A stretch of 64,000 bases of DNA from Candidatus Woesearchaeota archaeon (lineage in GTDB: Archaea; Nanobdellota; Nanobdellia; Woesearchaeales; SKIA01): contig JBJKRI010000005.1 in NCBI GenBank assembly GCA_046704725.1, positions 1-64,000 on the forward strand. Reading direction: 5' to 3'. Below, piece after piece: positions 1 through 8,793 of this stretch (its first letter is position 1; the number at the start of each line of letters is the position of its first letter). The translations under genes were made by a program, and so were the position numbers. The notes under the pieces were generated by a model. The model searched no databases. It was given only the letters and a program-made list of their open reading frames with translations, and had not been told where the DNA came from.

Positions 1-535
1 CGACGACCATCAAGAAATACGCGAGGAGGTTGACGAGCTTGTGCCCGCTGATGAGAAAAGCGATCCGGCGCGGCAAGAAATGGAAGTAATTCACCACCGC
101 CGTGAACAACCCGAACGCGCCGAGCAAGCACACGAGCACGACGATGAACGTCTTGCCCCCGAACGGTCCTTGCGTGAACACATCGACGAGCACGCGCCAG
201 AACACGACGAAAGGCGAGGAGTACGCCACGTAGAGCACGCGCAAGAGCTCCGTCGCGATGAACACCATCACGATGCTGTTCGCAAGCGCCGCGCCCCACC
301 CGAGGTCCTCGCCCTGGTGGCGCTCGAAATACAACTCGAAGAGCACGAAGGTGAGGATGAGGTGCACCAAGAGCCACCACATGTCCGGATAGAGGAATGG
401 CGCGGCGATGAAGATGAACAATCGCCGCAGCAGCTCGGGGATCAGCACGGTGAAGACGACCGCCAAGGCCTGGCCGACGGTTGGCGAGGCCACGTGGCTT
501 GTGGCGTTCACGGTGGCGTTGGTCGCGTTGAGCAC
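1..535 (-). CDS. Multi-pass membrane protein, hypothetical (runs off the window's left edge)
   Basis: Not in the ORF track. The reverse-strand frame from GTG 535 reads VLNATNATV...LFIFIAAPFLYPDMWWLLVHLILTFVLFELYFERHQGEDLGWGAALANSIVMVFI with several hydrophobic segments. A TATA-like element lies at about 557-565. Confidence 0.7.
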   Translation of the reverse strand, partial: MLNATNATVNATSHVASPTVGQALAVVFTVLIPELLRRLFIFIAAPFLYPDMWWLLVHLILTFVLFELYFERHQGEDLGWGAALANSIVMVFIATELLRVLYVAYSSPFVVFWRVLVDVFTQGPFGGKTFIVVLVCLLGAFGLFTAVVNYFHFLPRRIAFLISGHKLVNLLAYFLMVV

Positions 536-643
536 GCCCCGCTATCCCCCTCTCCATTTATATATCATGCACAACGGATTTATAGCCACTCTATAGTGGT
601 CAATTTTCGAACGATTTATATATGAGAAAGCACTCTCAGCACC

Positions 644-1831
644 ATGAACAGAGCCTGGGATGCGACGAAGGACGGCCTGTCGAAGCTCACCGATATCGTC
701 GACAGCGGCATCAAGCGAGCAGAGCCCCTGGTCGGCACCGCTCTCGGGCTGGCCGCGTTGAACGGCGGAGCGCTCTGGGCGATCGCCCAAACATCCGACT
801 TGCACGCGTCCGGCGCGTCGCGCGCCGTTGCGGCGAGCGCTCTCACTCTTGTCACCACAGCCGCGGACCGCCTCCTGTTGCGGAGATGGAACGGGAGAAG
901 GATCCTCCCGACGATCAACGAGGGGATCAACAATCGCCCCCTCGCGTACTTCCGCGACGCCGTGATGCTCGGCCTCGCCTATCTCGGAGTCAATGCGGCG
1001 GTCGCGCCCGCGAAAGACGTCATCCATGACGTGAGGCGCGCCGTCGCGGCGCCGACCTACGTCGAGCAGACTGTGGTCGTCACACCGCCAACGCCTTCGC
1101 CCGCAGTCGCCGCCAGGGACTACCACCAGAAGCCGGAGGCGCTCAAGGGCCTGCACTACACCCCAATCGTCACATGGGACTTCAGCGGCGTGCAGCTCGC
1201 GCCAGCGGGCAGCGTCATCGGGATGATCCAGCGCGTCGAGCGATACCGGCGTGAAGCGACGCTCGTCGGGAAGCGCTACGGCATCCCGCCCGACATCCTG
1301 CTCGCCATGGGCATGCAGGAGAGCGGCGGCGACCCCCTCATGGAGAACAGCGAGCACGACGGAGGGCTCGGACTCCTCAACATCCAAGGCACGACCGCGC
1401 AGGACTACGGACTCAACACCGTAAGCCAGTCGGACAAGGATAACGACCCTGTCCTCGGCGAGCGCATACACGAGATGCTCGAGAAGTGCAACTACGAGAT
1501 CCCTTGCACCAGCGAATATGACGACCGCACCATCCCGCTCGTCGACCTCGACGCTGCCGCCCGCATCATGCGGAATGCCATGGGGGACTCCAAAGACATC
1601 TCCATCGGTGTCCAGGCGTTCCGCGGGGGGGACAGAACGACGCAGGAGGCGTACTTGCGCGCCGTCCAGAAGTGGTACCAGGTCCTCAAGGACAGCACCA
1701 CGCAAGCGCGCGCAGCGGAGGCCTTCAGGGAAAGCAACGGACACTCCCTGCAGCGGTATTTCAGGAGGATCCGCGAGATGGAAGAGATGGATTGGGGATT
1801 CAGTCCGGAAGCGTACCTCCAGGGGCGCTGA
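644..1831 (+). CDS. Membrane-anchored lytic transglycosylase (SLT / lysozyme-like) domain protein
   Basis: YGIPPDILLAMGMQESGGDP carries the SLT catalytic Glu-Ser motif and GGLGLLNI is a GLMQ-like motif. N-terminal hydrophobic segments and a Pro/Thr linker precede the domain. TTTATATA lies about 29 nt upstream. Confidence 0.75.
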   Translation: MNRAWDATKDGLSKLTDIVDSGIKRAEPLVGTALGLAALNGGALWAIAQTSDLHASGASRAVAASALTLVTTAADRLLLRRWNGRRILPTINEGINNRPLAYFRDAVMLGLAYLGVNAAVAPAKDVIHDVRRAVAAPTYVEQTVVVTPPTPSPAVAARDYHQKPEALKGLHYTPIVTWDFSGVQLAPAGSVIGMIQRVERYRREATLVGKRYGIPPDILLAMGMQESGGDPLMENSEHDGGLGLLNIQGTTAQDYGLNTVSQSDKDNDPVLGERIHEMLEKCNYEIPCTSEYDDRTIPLVDLDAAARIMRNAMGDSKDISIGVQAFRGGDRTTQEAYLRAVQKWYQVLKDSTTQARAAEAFRESNGHSLQRYFRRIREMEEMDWGFSPEAYLQGR

Positions 1832-1914
1832 CCAGGCCCTCCTCTCCCCATCAGCACGGCTTTTATAACGGCACGGTGCGGAACCCATAAGAACCACTCC
1901 GGAATCTAACCGTC

Positions 1915-3090
1915 GTGACGGGGGAACCCACGGACGAGTGCGAGGCGTACGAGGCCATCGCGCGGCGGGACGCGCACGGGCTGAAGGGCCACTGCTATCC
2001 CGCGCAGGAGATCCGCGAGAAGTGGGAGGCCGGCGAGATCAGCGGCCCGGTCGACGAGGAGCGCATCCGGACCGCGTCCTGGGAGCCGACGCTCGCGACG
2101 GAGGGCTATTGGATCCGCATGGACACGACCGGCGGTTTCCGTCCCAAGAAGGGCGTGTCCGTGAAGGAGAGCATCGAGGCGCTCCCTGTGCGTGAACGAC
2201 GGGCGATCGACCTGCGCACGCCGTACGTCCTGCACCCTGGACAGACCTACCTGTTCCGCTTCGAGCAGACCGTCATGCTCCATCATGACGAGCACGTCAA
2301 GGCGAGCCCCAAGAGCAGCCTCGGACGCTGCTTCGTGTACGTGCGGCTCATCGCGGACCGGCACGGGAGCTTCGACGACATCCACGGCGCGCTCAGCGAC
2401 GGCAAGCCCGTCGCGCTCTGGGTGCTCGTCCAGCCGTTGACGTACCACGTCATCCTCACCCCCGGGCTCGACCTGCTGCAGCTGCGGTTCTTCAAGGGGT
2501 ACGACGCGCGGCTCACCGACGCGGAGATCGCGTCTTGCTGGGAGAACGGCCTGCCGCTCCTCGATGTCACAGAGCCCATCGTGATGGAGGGGCTGCTCCT
2601 GCGGCTCGACCTTCGCGGGAAGGAATCCGGAGGCGTCGTCGGGCTGCGGGCGAGACCGAATCCCGATCCCATCGACCTCGCGAAGAAGGGGCAGCTCGAC
2701 CCGTTCGACTACTACGACCCGATACGGCCGACGAACGGACGACTGGTGCTGCGTCGCGGAGAGCATTGCCTGTTCGTCACGCGCGAACGCCTCCAATGCC
2801 CGAGCTTCCTGTCCATGGAATTGTCCGCGCACTGGGGCGGGGGCTTCGCCGGCCCCAAGCACTTCGCGGGCTTCGTGGACAACGGTTTTTCCCGCAACCT
2901 CGTGCTCGAGGTGCGCAGCGACGAGATCGACGATGTCGAGCTCGTGGACGGCATGCCCATCGGCAAGCTCGACGCGTACTGGACGGGCATGACGGACAAG
3001 CCCTACGGCGAGGCGAAGAGCAACTACCACGCGCAGGTCGGGCCGCAACCCGCCAAGTACTTCCGCCCAGTGGACTGGAAGGCGCAATAG
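1915..3090 (+). CDS. dcd: dCTP deaminase, two-domain DCD type (trimeric dUTPase-fold superfamily)
   Basis: Motifs ASPKSSLGR.FVYVRLI, LLQLRF, HFAGFVDNGF..NLVLEVR and SNYHAQ match the long DCD family. Confidence 0.8.
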   Translation: MTGEPTDECEAYEAIARRDAHGLKGHCYPAQEIREKWEAGEISGPVDEERIRTASWEPTLATEGYWIRMDTTGGFRPKKGVSVKESIEALPVRERRAIDLRTPYVLHPGQTYLFRFEQTVMLHHDEHVKASPKSSLGRCFVYVRLIADRHGSFDDIHGALSDGKPVALWVLVQPLTYHVILTPGLDLLQLRFFKGYDARLTDAEIASCWENGLPLLDVTEPIVMEGLLLRLDLRGKESGGVVGLRARPNPDPIDLAKKGQLDPFDYYDPIRPTNGRLVLRRGEHCLFVTRERLQCPSFLSMELSAHWGGGFAGPKHFAGFVDNGFSRNLVLEVRSDEIDDVELVDGMPIGKLDAYWTGMTDKPYGEAKSNYHAQVGPQPAKYFRPVDWKAQ

Positions 3091-3978
3091 TCAGGGGTAC
3101 GCGCGCCTGCCGCGCCCGGTCCCTTCGCCGATCTTCACGTACTTGCGGTACTCGCACAGGCAGTTCTGGATGTCCGACAAGGAGAGCGGTTCTGGGCTTC
3201 CGTCCCCTTTGAACGGGAACTTCCTCGGGACGAGGAGCTTGACCTGCATGTCGCGCAACGCCTTCATGATATCGAGCTCGTCGGCGGTCTTCGCGTCGGG
3301 GACGAGGATGCGGATGCCCCGCTTGGCGCCGGGACCCGCCTTCGCCCAGGACTCTGGGTCGATATCGAGCAATCGCTTCCCATCGACGTCGTAGGTGGCG
3401 TCCACCAACACCTGGTAGGCGAGGAAGTCGCCGAAGCCCGGGATGGAACGCAGCACGCCGAACGCGTCTTCCATCGTGCGCGCGGAGAGCAGGCGCTCGG
3501 AGATGCGCGGCATGATTCGCTGGATGTCCGCGAACAATCGCGCGACGTTCTCGGGCTTGTCCGCGCCTCCCATCTGGGCGTAGCCCGACACCATATAGGC
3601 TCCGGTGAATGGCGCGTCACCGCGCTCGGCGATGGCGCGCAGCGTCTCCATGAGGTGCTCGGGGCTGAAGCTCGCGACCTGCTGGAAACCGAGCGCCGCA
3701 TGCGTCTCCTTCTTGCCGATGAGGCGGTAGAGCAAGAGGTTGAACAGCCTGTCCTGCCGCGAGGCAGGAGTCTTGATGATGGACTCAGCGTAGACCGTGC
3801 CAGGGTCGAGCCGGCGATAGACGTTCGTGAAGCGGTTCTTCCCGATGATGGGATCGTCGGTCCACGGAGGCTTTTCCTTGAGCGCGAAGCGGCGGTGCCA
3901 GACGTTCTGGCGTTCCGTGACGAAATCCCAGAACCGAGAGAGACGGCCAGCATCGAAACGCGATGAGTCGAACGCCAC
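3091..3978 (-). CDS. Alpha-glutamyl/putrescinyl-thymine pyrophosphorylase clade 1 (aGPT-Pplase1; HhH-glycosylase-fold DNA hypermodification transferase-like)
   Basis: FVTERQNVWHRR..KPPWTDDPII..NRFTNVYRRLD, IPGFGDFLAYQVLVD (HhH), AGPGAKRGI and DIQNCLCEYRKY are characteristic of this family. Confidence 0.8.
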   Translation of the reverse strand: MAFDSSRFDAGRLSRFWDFVTERQNVWHRRFALKEKPPWTDDPIIGKNRFTNVYRRLDPGTVYAESIIKTPASRQDRLFNLLLYRLIGKKETHAALGFQQVASFSPEHLMETLRAIAERGDAPFTGAYMVSGYAQMGGADKPENVARLFADIQRIMPRISERLLSARTMEDAFGVLRSIPGFGDFLAYQVLVDATYDVDGKRLLDIDPESWAKAGPGAKRGIRILVPDAKTADELDIMKALRDMQVKLLVPRKFPFKGDGSPEPLSLSDIQNCLCEYRKYVKIGEGTGRGRRAYP

Positions 3979-4070
3979 ACCAGAAACGACTATGTTCTCC
4001 TATATATAGGTTGTAGGGGTTACGTTCGTCGATGCATGAGCTTATAACGGAGCGCGATGCACAAGGCCCG

Positions 4071-4325
4071 ATGGACAGGAATCCACGTCGTGCATCCATT
4101 GACGACTCGCTCACCGAGGTCCCCGACGGCCGCAGGGCAGTCATCGGTCTTCCCGGCCGGGCCATCGATCTCACGGCACCAGCGTCGCTGGGGATGCTCA
4201 ATGAGACCCAACCGGACCTGTACGGACAGACGTCGGCCGTCATCACCCGTTCCACGCGAGGACGCCAGCAGCACGTCGAACGCTTCGGCGAACCGGACCA
4301 GCAGAACGCTGACTACTCGCTCTGA
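4071..4325 (+). CDS. Small hypothetical protein
   Basis: ATG 4071 lies about 29 nt after the start of TTATAA (4042). The ORF fills the gap and its stop abuts the sufB stop. Confidence 0.45.
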   Translation: MDRNPRRASIDDSLTEVPDGRRAVIGLPGRAIDLTAPASLGMLNETQPDLYGQTSAVITRSTRGRQQHVERFGEPDQQNADYSL

Positions 4326-5732
4326 CTATCCGACGCTGCCTTCCATCTCGAGCTCGATGAGCTTGTTCATCTCGAGCGCGTACTCGATGGGCAGCTCCTT
4401 GGTGATCGGCTCCATGAAGCCGGTCACGAGCATCTTGACAGCCTCGTCCTCGGGGATGCCCCTCGATGTCAGGTAGAAGACCTGCTCGTCCGAGATGCGG
4501 CCGACGGTCGCCTCGTGGCCGACGTCCACGTCGGCCTCGTTGATGTCGATGGAGGGATAGGTGTCCGAGCGCGAGACGTTGTCGATCATGAGGGCGTCGC
4601 ACTCGACGTTGCTCTTCGAACCGCGCGCTCCCTTGTTGATGCGCAGCAATCCGCGGTAGGCGGTGATCCCGCCCTGGATGGCGATGGACTTGGAGACGAT
4701 GCGCGATGTGGTGCGGGGAGCGAGATGGAAGACCTTGGCGCCCGTGTCCTGATGCTGGCCTTTCGTCGCGAAAGCGATGGCCAGGTGCTCCGCGCGCGAG
4801 CCCTCGCCGATGAGCATGCTGCACGGATAGAGCATCGTTGTTCGCGAGCCCATGTTGCCGCCGACCCATTCCATGGTCGCGTCCTTGTAGACGTTCGCGC
4901 GCTTGGTGTTGAGGTTGTAGGTGTTCATGCTCCAGTTCTCGACGGAGCTGTAGCGGAAGCGCGCGCCTTCCTTCACGATGACCTCGACGCAGCCCGCGTG
5001 CAAGGAGTTGTCGTCGTACTTCGGCGAGCTGCAGCCCTCCACGTAGTGTCCTTGCGCGCCCTCCTCTGCGATGATGAGGGTGTGCTCGAACTGCCCCGCG
5101 CGTATCGAGTTCATGCGGAAGTAGGCCTGCAACGGCATGTCCACGTGCACGCCCTTGGGGATGTAGAGGAAGGTGCCGCCGCTCCAGACGGCGTAGTGCA
5201 GTGACGCGAAGGTGTGGTCGCTGGTCGGCACGACGGTCGAGAAGTACTGCTTGACGAGGTCGGGATACTGCCTTAGGGCCTCGTCCATGTCGAGGAAGAT
5301 GACGCCTTTCTCCTCCCACATCGCCTTGAGGTTGTGGTAGGCCATGCGCGATTCCATCTGGGCGCCCACGCCCGCCAGTGCTTTGCGCTCTGCCTCTGGG
5401 ATGCCGAGGCGCTCGAAGGTCTCCTTGACCTCGCTTGGCACTTCTTCCCAGGTCTTGCTGTTCTGGGGGGCGTCGGGGTCGCTGTAGTAGGTGATGGTGG
5501 AGAGGTCGAGCGCGGACAGGTCCGGGCCCCAGGTCGGCGTCTTGGCCTTCTTGAATCGCTCGAACGCTTCAAGGCGTAGGGCGAGCATCCATTCGGGCTC
5601 TTGCTTGTCGGCGCTGATGCGCCGGATGACCTCTTCGGACAGTCCGGGCGGCGCTTGGTAGCGGTACTTCACGGGCGACGGATTGTCGTAGAGTGAACGG
5701 TCGATCGCGACGATGTCGGGCTTCATCTTCAC
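4326..5732 (-). CDS. sufB: Fe-S cluster assembly scaffold SufB
   Basis: GQFEHTLII, HYVEGCSSP, SLHAGCVE, YNLNTKRA, MEWVGGNMGS, QHQDTGAK, HEATVG and ELPIEYALEMNKLIELEMEGSVG. Confidence 0.95.
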   Translation of the reverse strand: MKMKPDIVAIDRSLYDNPSPVKYRYQAPPGLSEEVIRRISADKQEPEWMLALRLEAFERFKKAKTPTWGPDLSALDLSTITYYSDPDAPQNSKTWEEVPSEVKETFERLGIPEAERKALAGVGAQMESRMAYHNLKAMWEEKGVIFLDMDEALRQYPDLVKQYFSTVVPTSDHTFASLHYAVWSGGTFLYIPKGVHVDMPLQAYFRMNSIRAGQFEHTLIIAEEGAQGHYVEGCSSPKYDDNSLHAGCVEVIVKEGARFRYSSVENWSMNTYNLNTKRANVYKDATMEWVGGNMGSRTTMLYPCSMLIGEGSRAEHLAIAFATKGQHQDTGAKVFHLAPRTTSRIVSKSIAIQGGITAYRGLLRINKGARGSKSNVECDALMIDNVSRSDTYPSIDINEADVDVGHEATVGRISDEQVFYLTSRGIPEDEAVKMLVTGFMEPITKELPIEYALEMNKLIELEMEGSVG

Positions 5733-5855
5733 GATTGTGAATGCACTGTGGTTTATGTTCGTTGCGTGTATTAAATTCTATATAGAAATAACAGACATCG
5801 CGAAAGGTTGGATGTGCAGCGACACGCTTAAGTCTCTCCGTCACATCCCCCCGTC

Positions 5856-6209
5856 ATGGAACTGCTCGCCGAGGTCGAGGTCTGGTACGCCTTGCCGGCG
5901 ATACGCGCCAAGCTCGCGGCGGCGCTGAAGAAGCGCGGGATCCCCCAGAAAGAGATCGCGCAGAGGCTCTCCATCGCGGAATCGGCGGTCAGCCAATACC
6001 TGTCAGGAAAGCGCGGTGGCTCCGAACTGCCGAAATCCATGGACGCGGAGTTCGACGTATCGGCGAAGCGCATCGCGGACGGCGACAATCTCGTCATGAT
6101 CCACGAGGTGATGCGCCTCTCGGAACTCCTCAAGAATTCGCGGGCGATCTGCGCGGTGCACAAGCAGCACAGCGACGTCCCGAGCGACTGCTCGACGTGC
6201 TTCGACTAG
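5856..6209 (+). CDS. Archaeal XRE-type HTH transcriptional regulator with C-terminal Cys/His motif (COG2522-like)
   Basis: HTH LPAIRAKLA..L...GIPQKEIAQRLSIAESAVSQYLSGKRG; C-terminal CAVH...CSTC; divergent from sufB. Confidence 0.85.
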   Translation: MELLAEVEVWYALPAIRAKLAAALKKRGIPQKEIAQRLSIAESAVSQYLSGKRGGSELPKSMDAEFDVSAKRIADGDNLVMIHEVMRLSELLKNSRAICAVHKQHSDVPSDCSTCFD

Positions 6210-6214
6210 CCGCA

Positions 6215-7165
6215 CTAGATGACTTTCTCGTTGTACAGCAGGATGGTGGGCGCATTCTCGCCGACCGCCGCTCGCAGCTGTTCGCATGCGTCCTTGACGC
6301 CGAGCGGTCCCGCTCTCGCAGCCTTATCGCTGTGCACGAGCACCCCGAGATCGTAGGAATCGTCCGGATCTACCCAGGATATCTCTCCGATGAAGTTGAG
6401 CGTGGGTTCCTGTTCGGGGTACACCTCTTTGTCGTTGAGGAGTGTCTTGCCCTTCCGTATCCTCGTGAAATCCTGCAGCGCATCCTCCGCCCAGTGGGGC
6501 GAGGGGTTCGGGCAGACAGCATCCGCTTGCCCTCTGAAGGTGAAGTAGAACGTATCATCGGTGGGGTCCTTCTTGATCGGCAGACTGACGCGTGACTCGA
6601 TGGTCTTCGCGATCACCGCTTCCAGCCATCCGGTCGTTGGCGTCAGGTCGTACACCAGGACTCGCGATGCTTCACTGTGTTCTCTGTGAATCCTGTTCGC
6701 GAGCGTGAGGCCCGCCAAGAAGCTGGGAGCGTACGTGTCTTTGGTATTGAAAGGCTTGGAGTCGAGGATCGACTCCCGAGGATTGATGCCGAAACTGCTC
6801 CTGTTCGCCAATGAGAGATATCCGAACGCCCGGCTCGCTCCCCATGTGTCGAGGACGTAGGCTTGCGACCGGCCATCGAGCTTGGTCGTGTCGATGAGTC
6901 CGTTCTCGAACAGCAGCTGGAGAAGGTCTTCGGCCTGCTCGTCCTGCGTGCGGCCCTCTCTCGCGATCTCGCTCTCGATCCTGTCCACCAATCGGGAAGG
7001 GATGCTCGGGGATACCGCGTCCTGGATGAGCGGGATGAGACGGACAATCTCGCCGTGCACATTCTCTCCGCTGTCGCGCCTTCTCCTCCGCTCCTCTCCA
7101 CGGAGGAACTCCATCGCGTGCTCGTGCGGGTCGAATTCGTCAGCAGCCACAACCATTGTATTCAC
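6215..7165 (-). CDS. Hypothetical protein
   Basis: 316-aa ORF with natural composition; TATA-like TTTATAACTTATAA lies upstream on the minus strand. No motif recognised. Confidence 0.6.
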   Translation of the reverse strand: MNTMVVAADEFDPHEHAMEFLRGEERRRRRDSGENVHGEIVRLIPLIQDAVSPSIPSRLVDRIESEIAREGRTQDEQAEDLLQLLFENGLIDTTKLDGRSQAYVLDTWGASRAFGYLSLANRSSFGINPRESILDSKPFNTKDTYAPSFLAGLTLANRIHREHSEASRVLVYDLTPTTGWLEAVIAKTIESRVSLPIKKDPTDDTFYFTFRGQADAVCPNPSPHWAEDALQDFTRIRKGKTLLNDKEVYPEQEPTLNFIGEISWVDPDDSYDLGVLVHSDKAARAGPLGVKDACEQLRAAVGENAPTILLYNEKVI

Positions 7166-7254
7166 TTATAAGTTATAAACGTTATGCGCTTATGAATCGG
7201 ACCCCTCGCCGGTACTGACAATCCCTTATAAAGGAAGCCTTTGAAAGAAGGACG

Positions 7255-8712
7255 ATGCGAGCGGACAGCAGGGTGCACTTCCTCCCCCTACAAACACGAA
7301 GAAGGGAAAACGACGTGGTCGTGGGAGACGAGAAGACCGGCAAGTACCTCGCCATGGACGATGGGGGGCTGCGCATCCTGCACCACCTCAAGAAACACAC
7401 CATCGGGGAGACGGAGAAAGCATTCCCCAAGCACGACGTGCGCGGCTTCGTGCAGAAGCTGACGGACAAGGGGCTCGTCCACAGGATCGACCACCGCGTC
7501 CACAACCCCAGGCACGTCGCGAGCATCATCGACATCGAGCCCGAGAAGCTCGCGTGGACGAAGCACCCGCTCGCCAAAGGAAGCCTCATCGCGCTGATTG
7601 TCGTCGGCCTGTACCTGCTCATCACGATACCGCAGCTCGTGCCGATACCGGCGTGGTTCTTCTCCATAGGCCTGCTCGCGGTCATCATCCCGCTCGCCTT
7701 CATCATCTGTTTCATCGTGACGTTCGTGCACGAGCTCGGGCACTATGTGGCGCTGCGGCGCACAGGGCATCCGACGAGCATGACCATCGTGCACCGCTGG
7801 CATCTCATCCTCCCGCACACCGACCTATCAGGCGCAGCGCACCTCACGCCGCGCGAACGAGCGAAAGTCCATCTCGGCGGACTCATGGCAGAGCTCGGAT
7901 TCCTCGGAGCGCTCATCGTCCTGCTCGCTATCGGCGTGTGGCCGGCATTGCTGGAGCTCGCCGCGCTCATTACCTTTGTGGACATCCTGTTCCAGGTGAC
8001 GCCGTTCAACGGGACGGACCTCACCGTGACGGCGGAGCACGCCTTCGGCATCGAAGGGCTTCCAGGAATGATGGCGAAAGGCATCCTGAAAGGATGCTTC
8101 GCGTGCAAGAAACGACCCAGGCACGAGCAAGAGGCCTTCAAGACATTCCTTCCCGCGTTCATCATCGGCCTGCTCATCTTCATCATCCTCGTGATCGTCT
8201 ACGCGCTGCCCATCTTCATCGAGATCATCCGCCAGAGCGTGCTCGCGCTGCTCGTCGGCGGAGCGGCGCACGACGCCGCGCTCTTCACGGACGGCATGCT
8301 CAGCCTCCTGCTGACCACGATATTCTTGAGCTTCGCATCCATCGGCACCATCCGCGAGCACGCGCTGTCAGCCAAGAAATGGTTCACCTGGACGGCCATG
8401 CTCATCTACGTGCTGTTCAGCTTCGTCGCGGTCTATCTGCTCGCAGCGGGACTCGTCTTGTTCGCGCACCCCATCACGACGACCGTGGCATTGTACTTCA
8501 TCGGCGTGGTGTACGGCGTCCTGTTCACCAGATTGCTGGAGAGCGTGCCGCACCTGCGCAAATCCACGCTGCTGCCCGTCGCCGCGGCCGCGACGGCGCT
8601 CATGCTCGTGTTATTGCTGGGCTGGCTTGCGAGCGCCACCGGACTTGCCCACGTCGAGCCCATATACGGTATCGCCTACGCCGTTGGGATGCTGACCTCG
8701 CTCATTGTATAG
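7255..8712 (+). CDS. M50 (site-2 protease family) membrane metalloprotease with N-terminal PqqD/winged-helix-like domain and extra C-terminal TM helices
   Basis: FVHELGH zinc motif within a TM, VHLGGLMAE, and QVTPFNGTD (NxxPxxxxD-like). The N-terminus DEKTGKYLAMDDGGLRILHHL...FVQKLTDKGLV resembles YydH-type proteins. Confidence 0.7.
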   Translation: MRADSRVHFLPLQTRRRENDVVVGDEKTGKYLAMDDGGLRILHHLKKHTIGETEKAFPKHDVRGFVQKLTDKGLVHRIDHRVHNPRHVASIIDIEPEKLAWTKHPLAKGSLIALIVVGLYLLITIPQLVPIPAWFFSIGLLAVIIPLAFIICFIVTFVHELGHYVALRRTGHPTSMTIVHRWHLILPHTDLSGAAHLTPRERAKVHLGGLMAELGFLGALIVLLAIGVWPALLELAALITFVDILFQVTPFNGTDLTVTAEHAFGIEGLPGMMAKGILKGCFACKKRPRHEQEAFKTFLPAFIIGLLIFIILVIVYALPIFIEIIRQSVLALLVGGAAHDAALFTDGMLSLLLTTIFLSFASIGTIREHALSAKKWFTWTAMLIYVLFSFVAVYLLAAGLVLFAHPITTTVALYFIGVVYGVLFTRLLESVPHLRKSTLLPVAAAATALMLVLLLGWLASATGLAHVEPIYGIAYAVGMLTSLIV

Positions 8713-8793
8713 AGAATCCGCCCGGGATATAGATTCGTCACTCCTCGACCTCCAGAACGGATATATAGTGGCTTTTTTCAAGGCCTGAAGGGT

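Noticed and set aside
41-625. 194-aa plus-strand ORF rich in E/H/R
   Set aside because: It is the antisense shadow of the minus-strand membrane protein gene (1-535); its composition is typical of a reverse-read hydrophobic gene.
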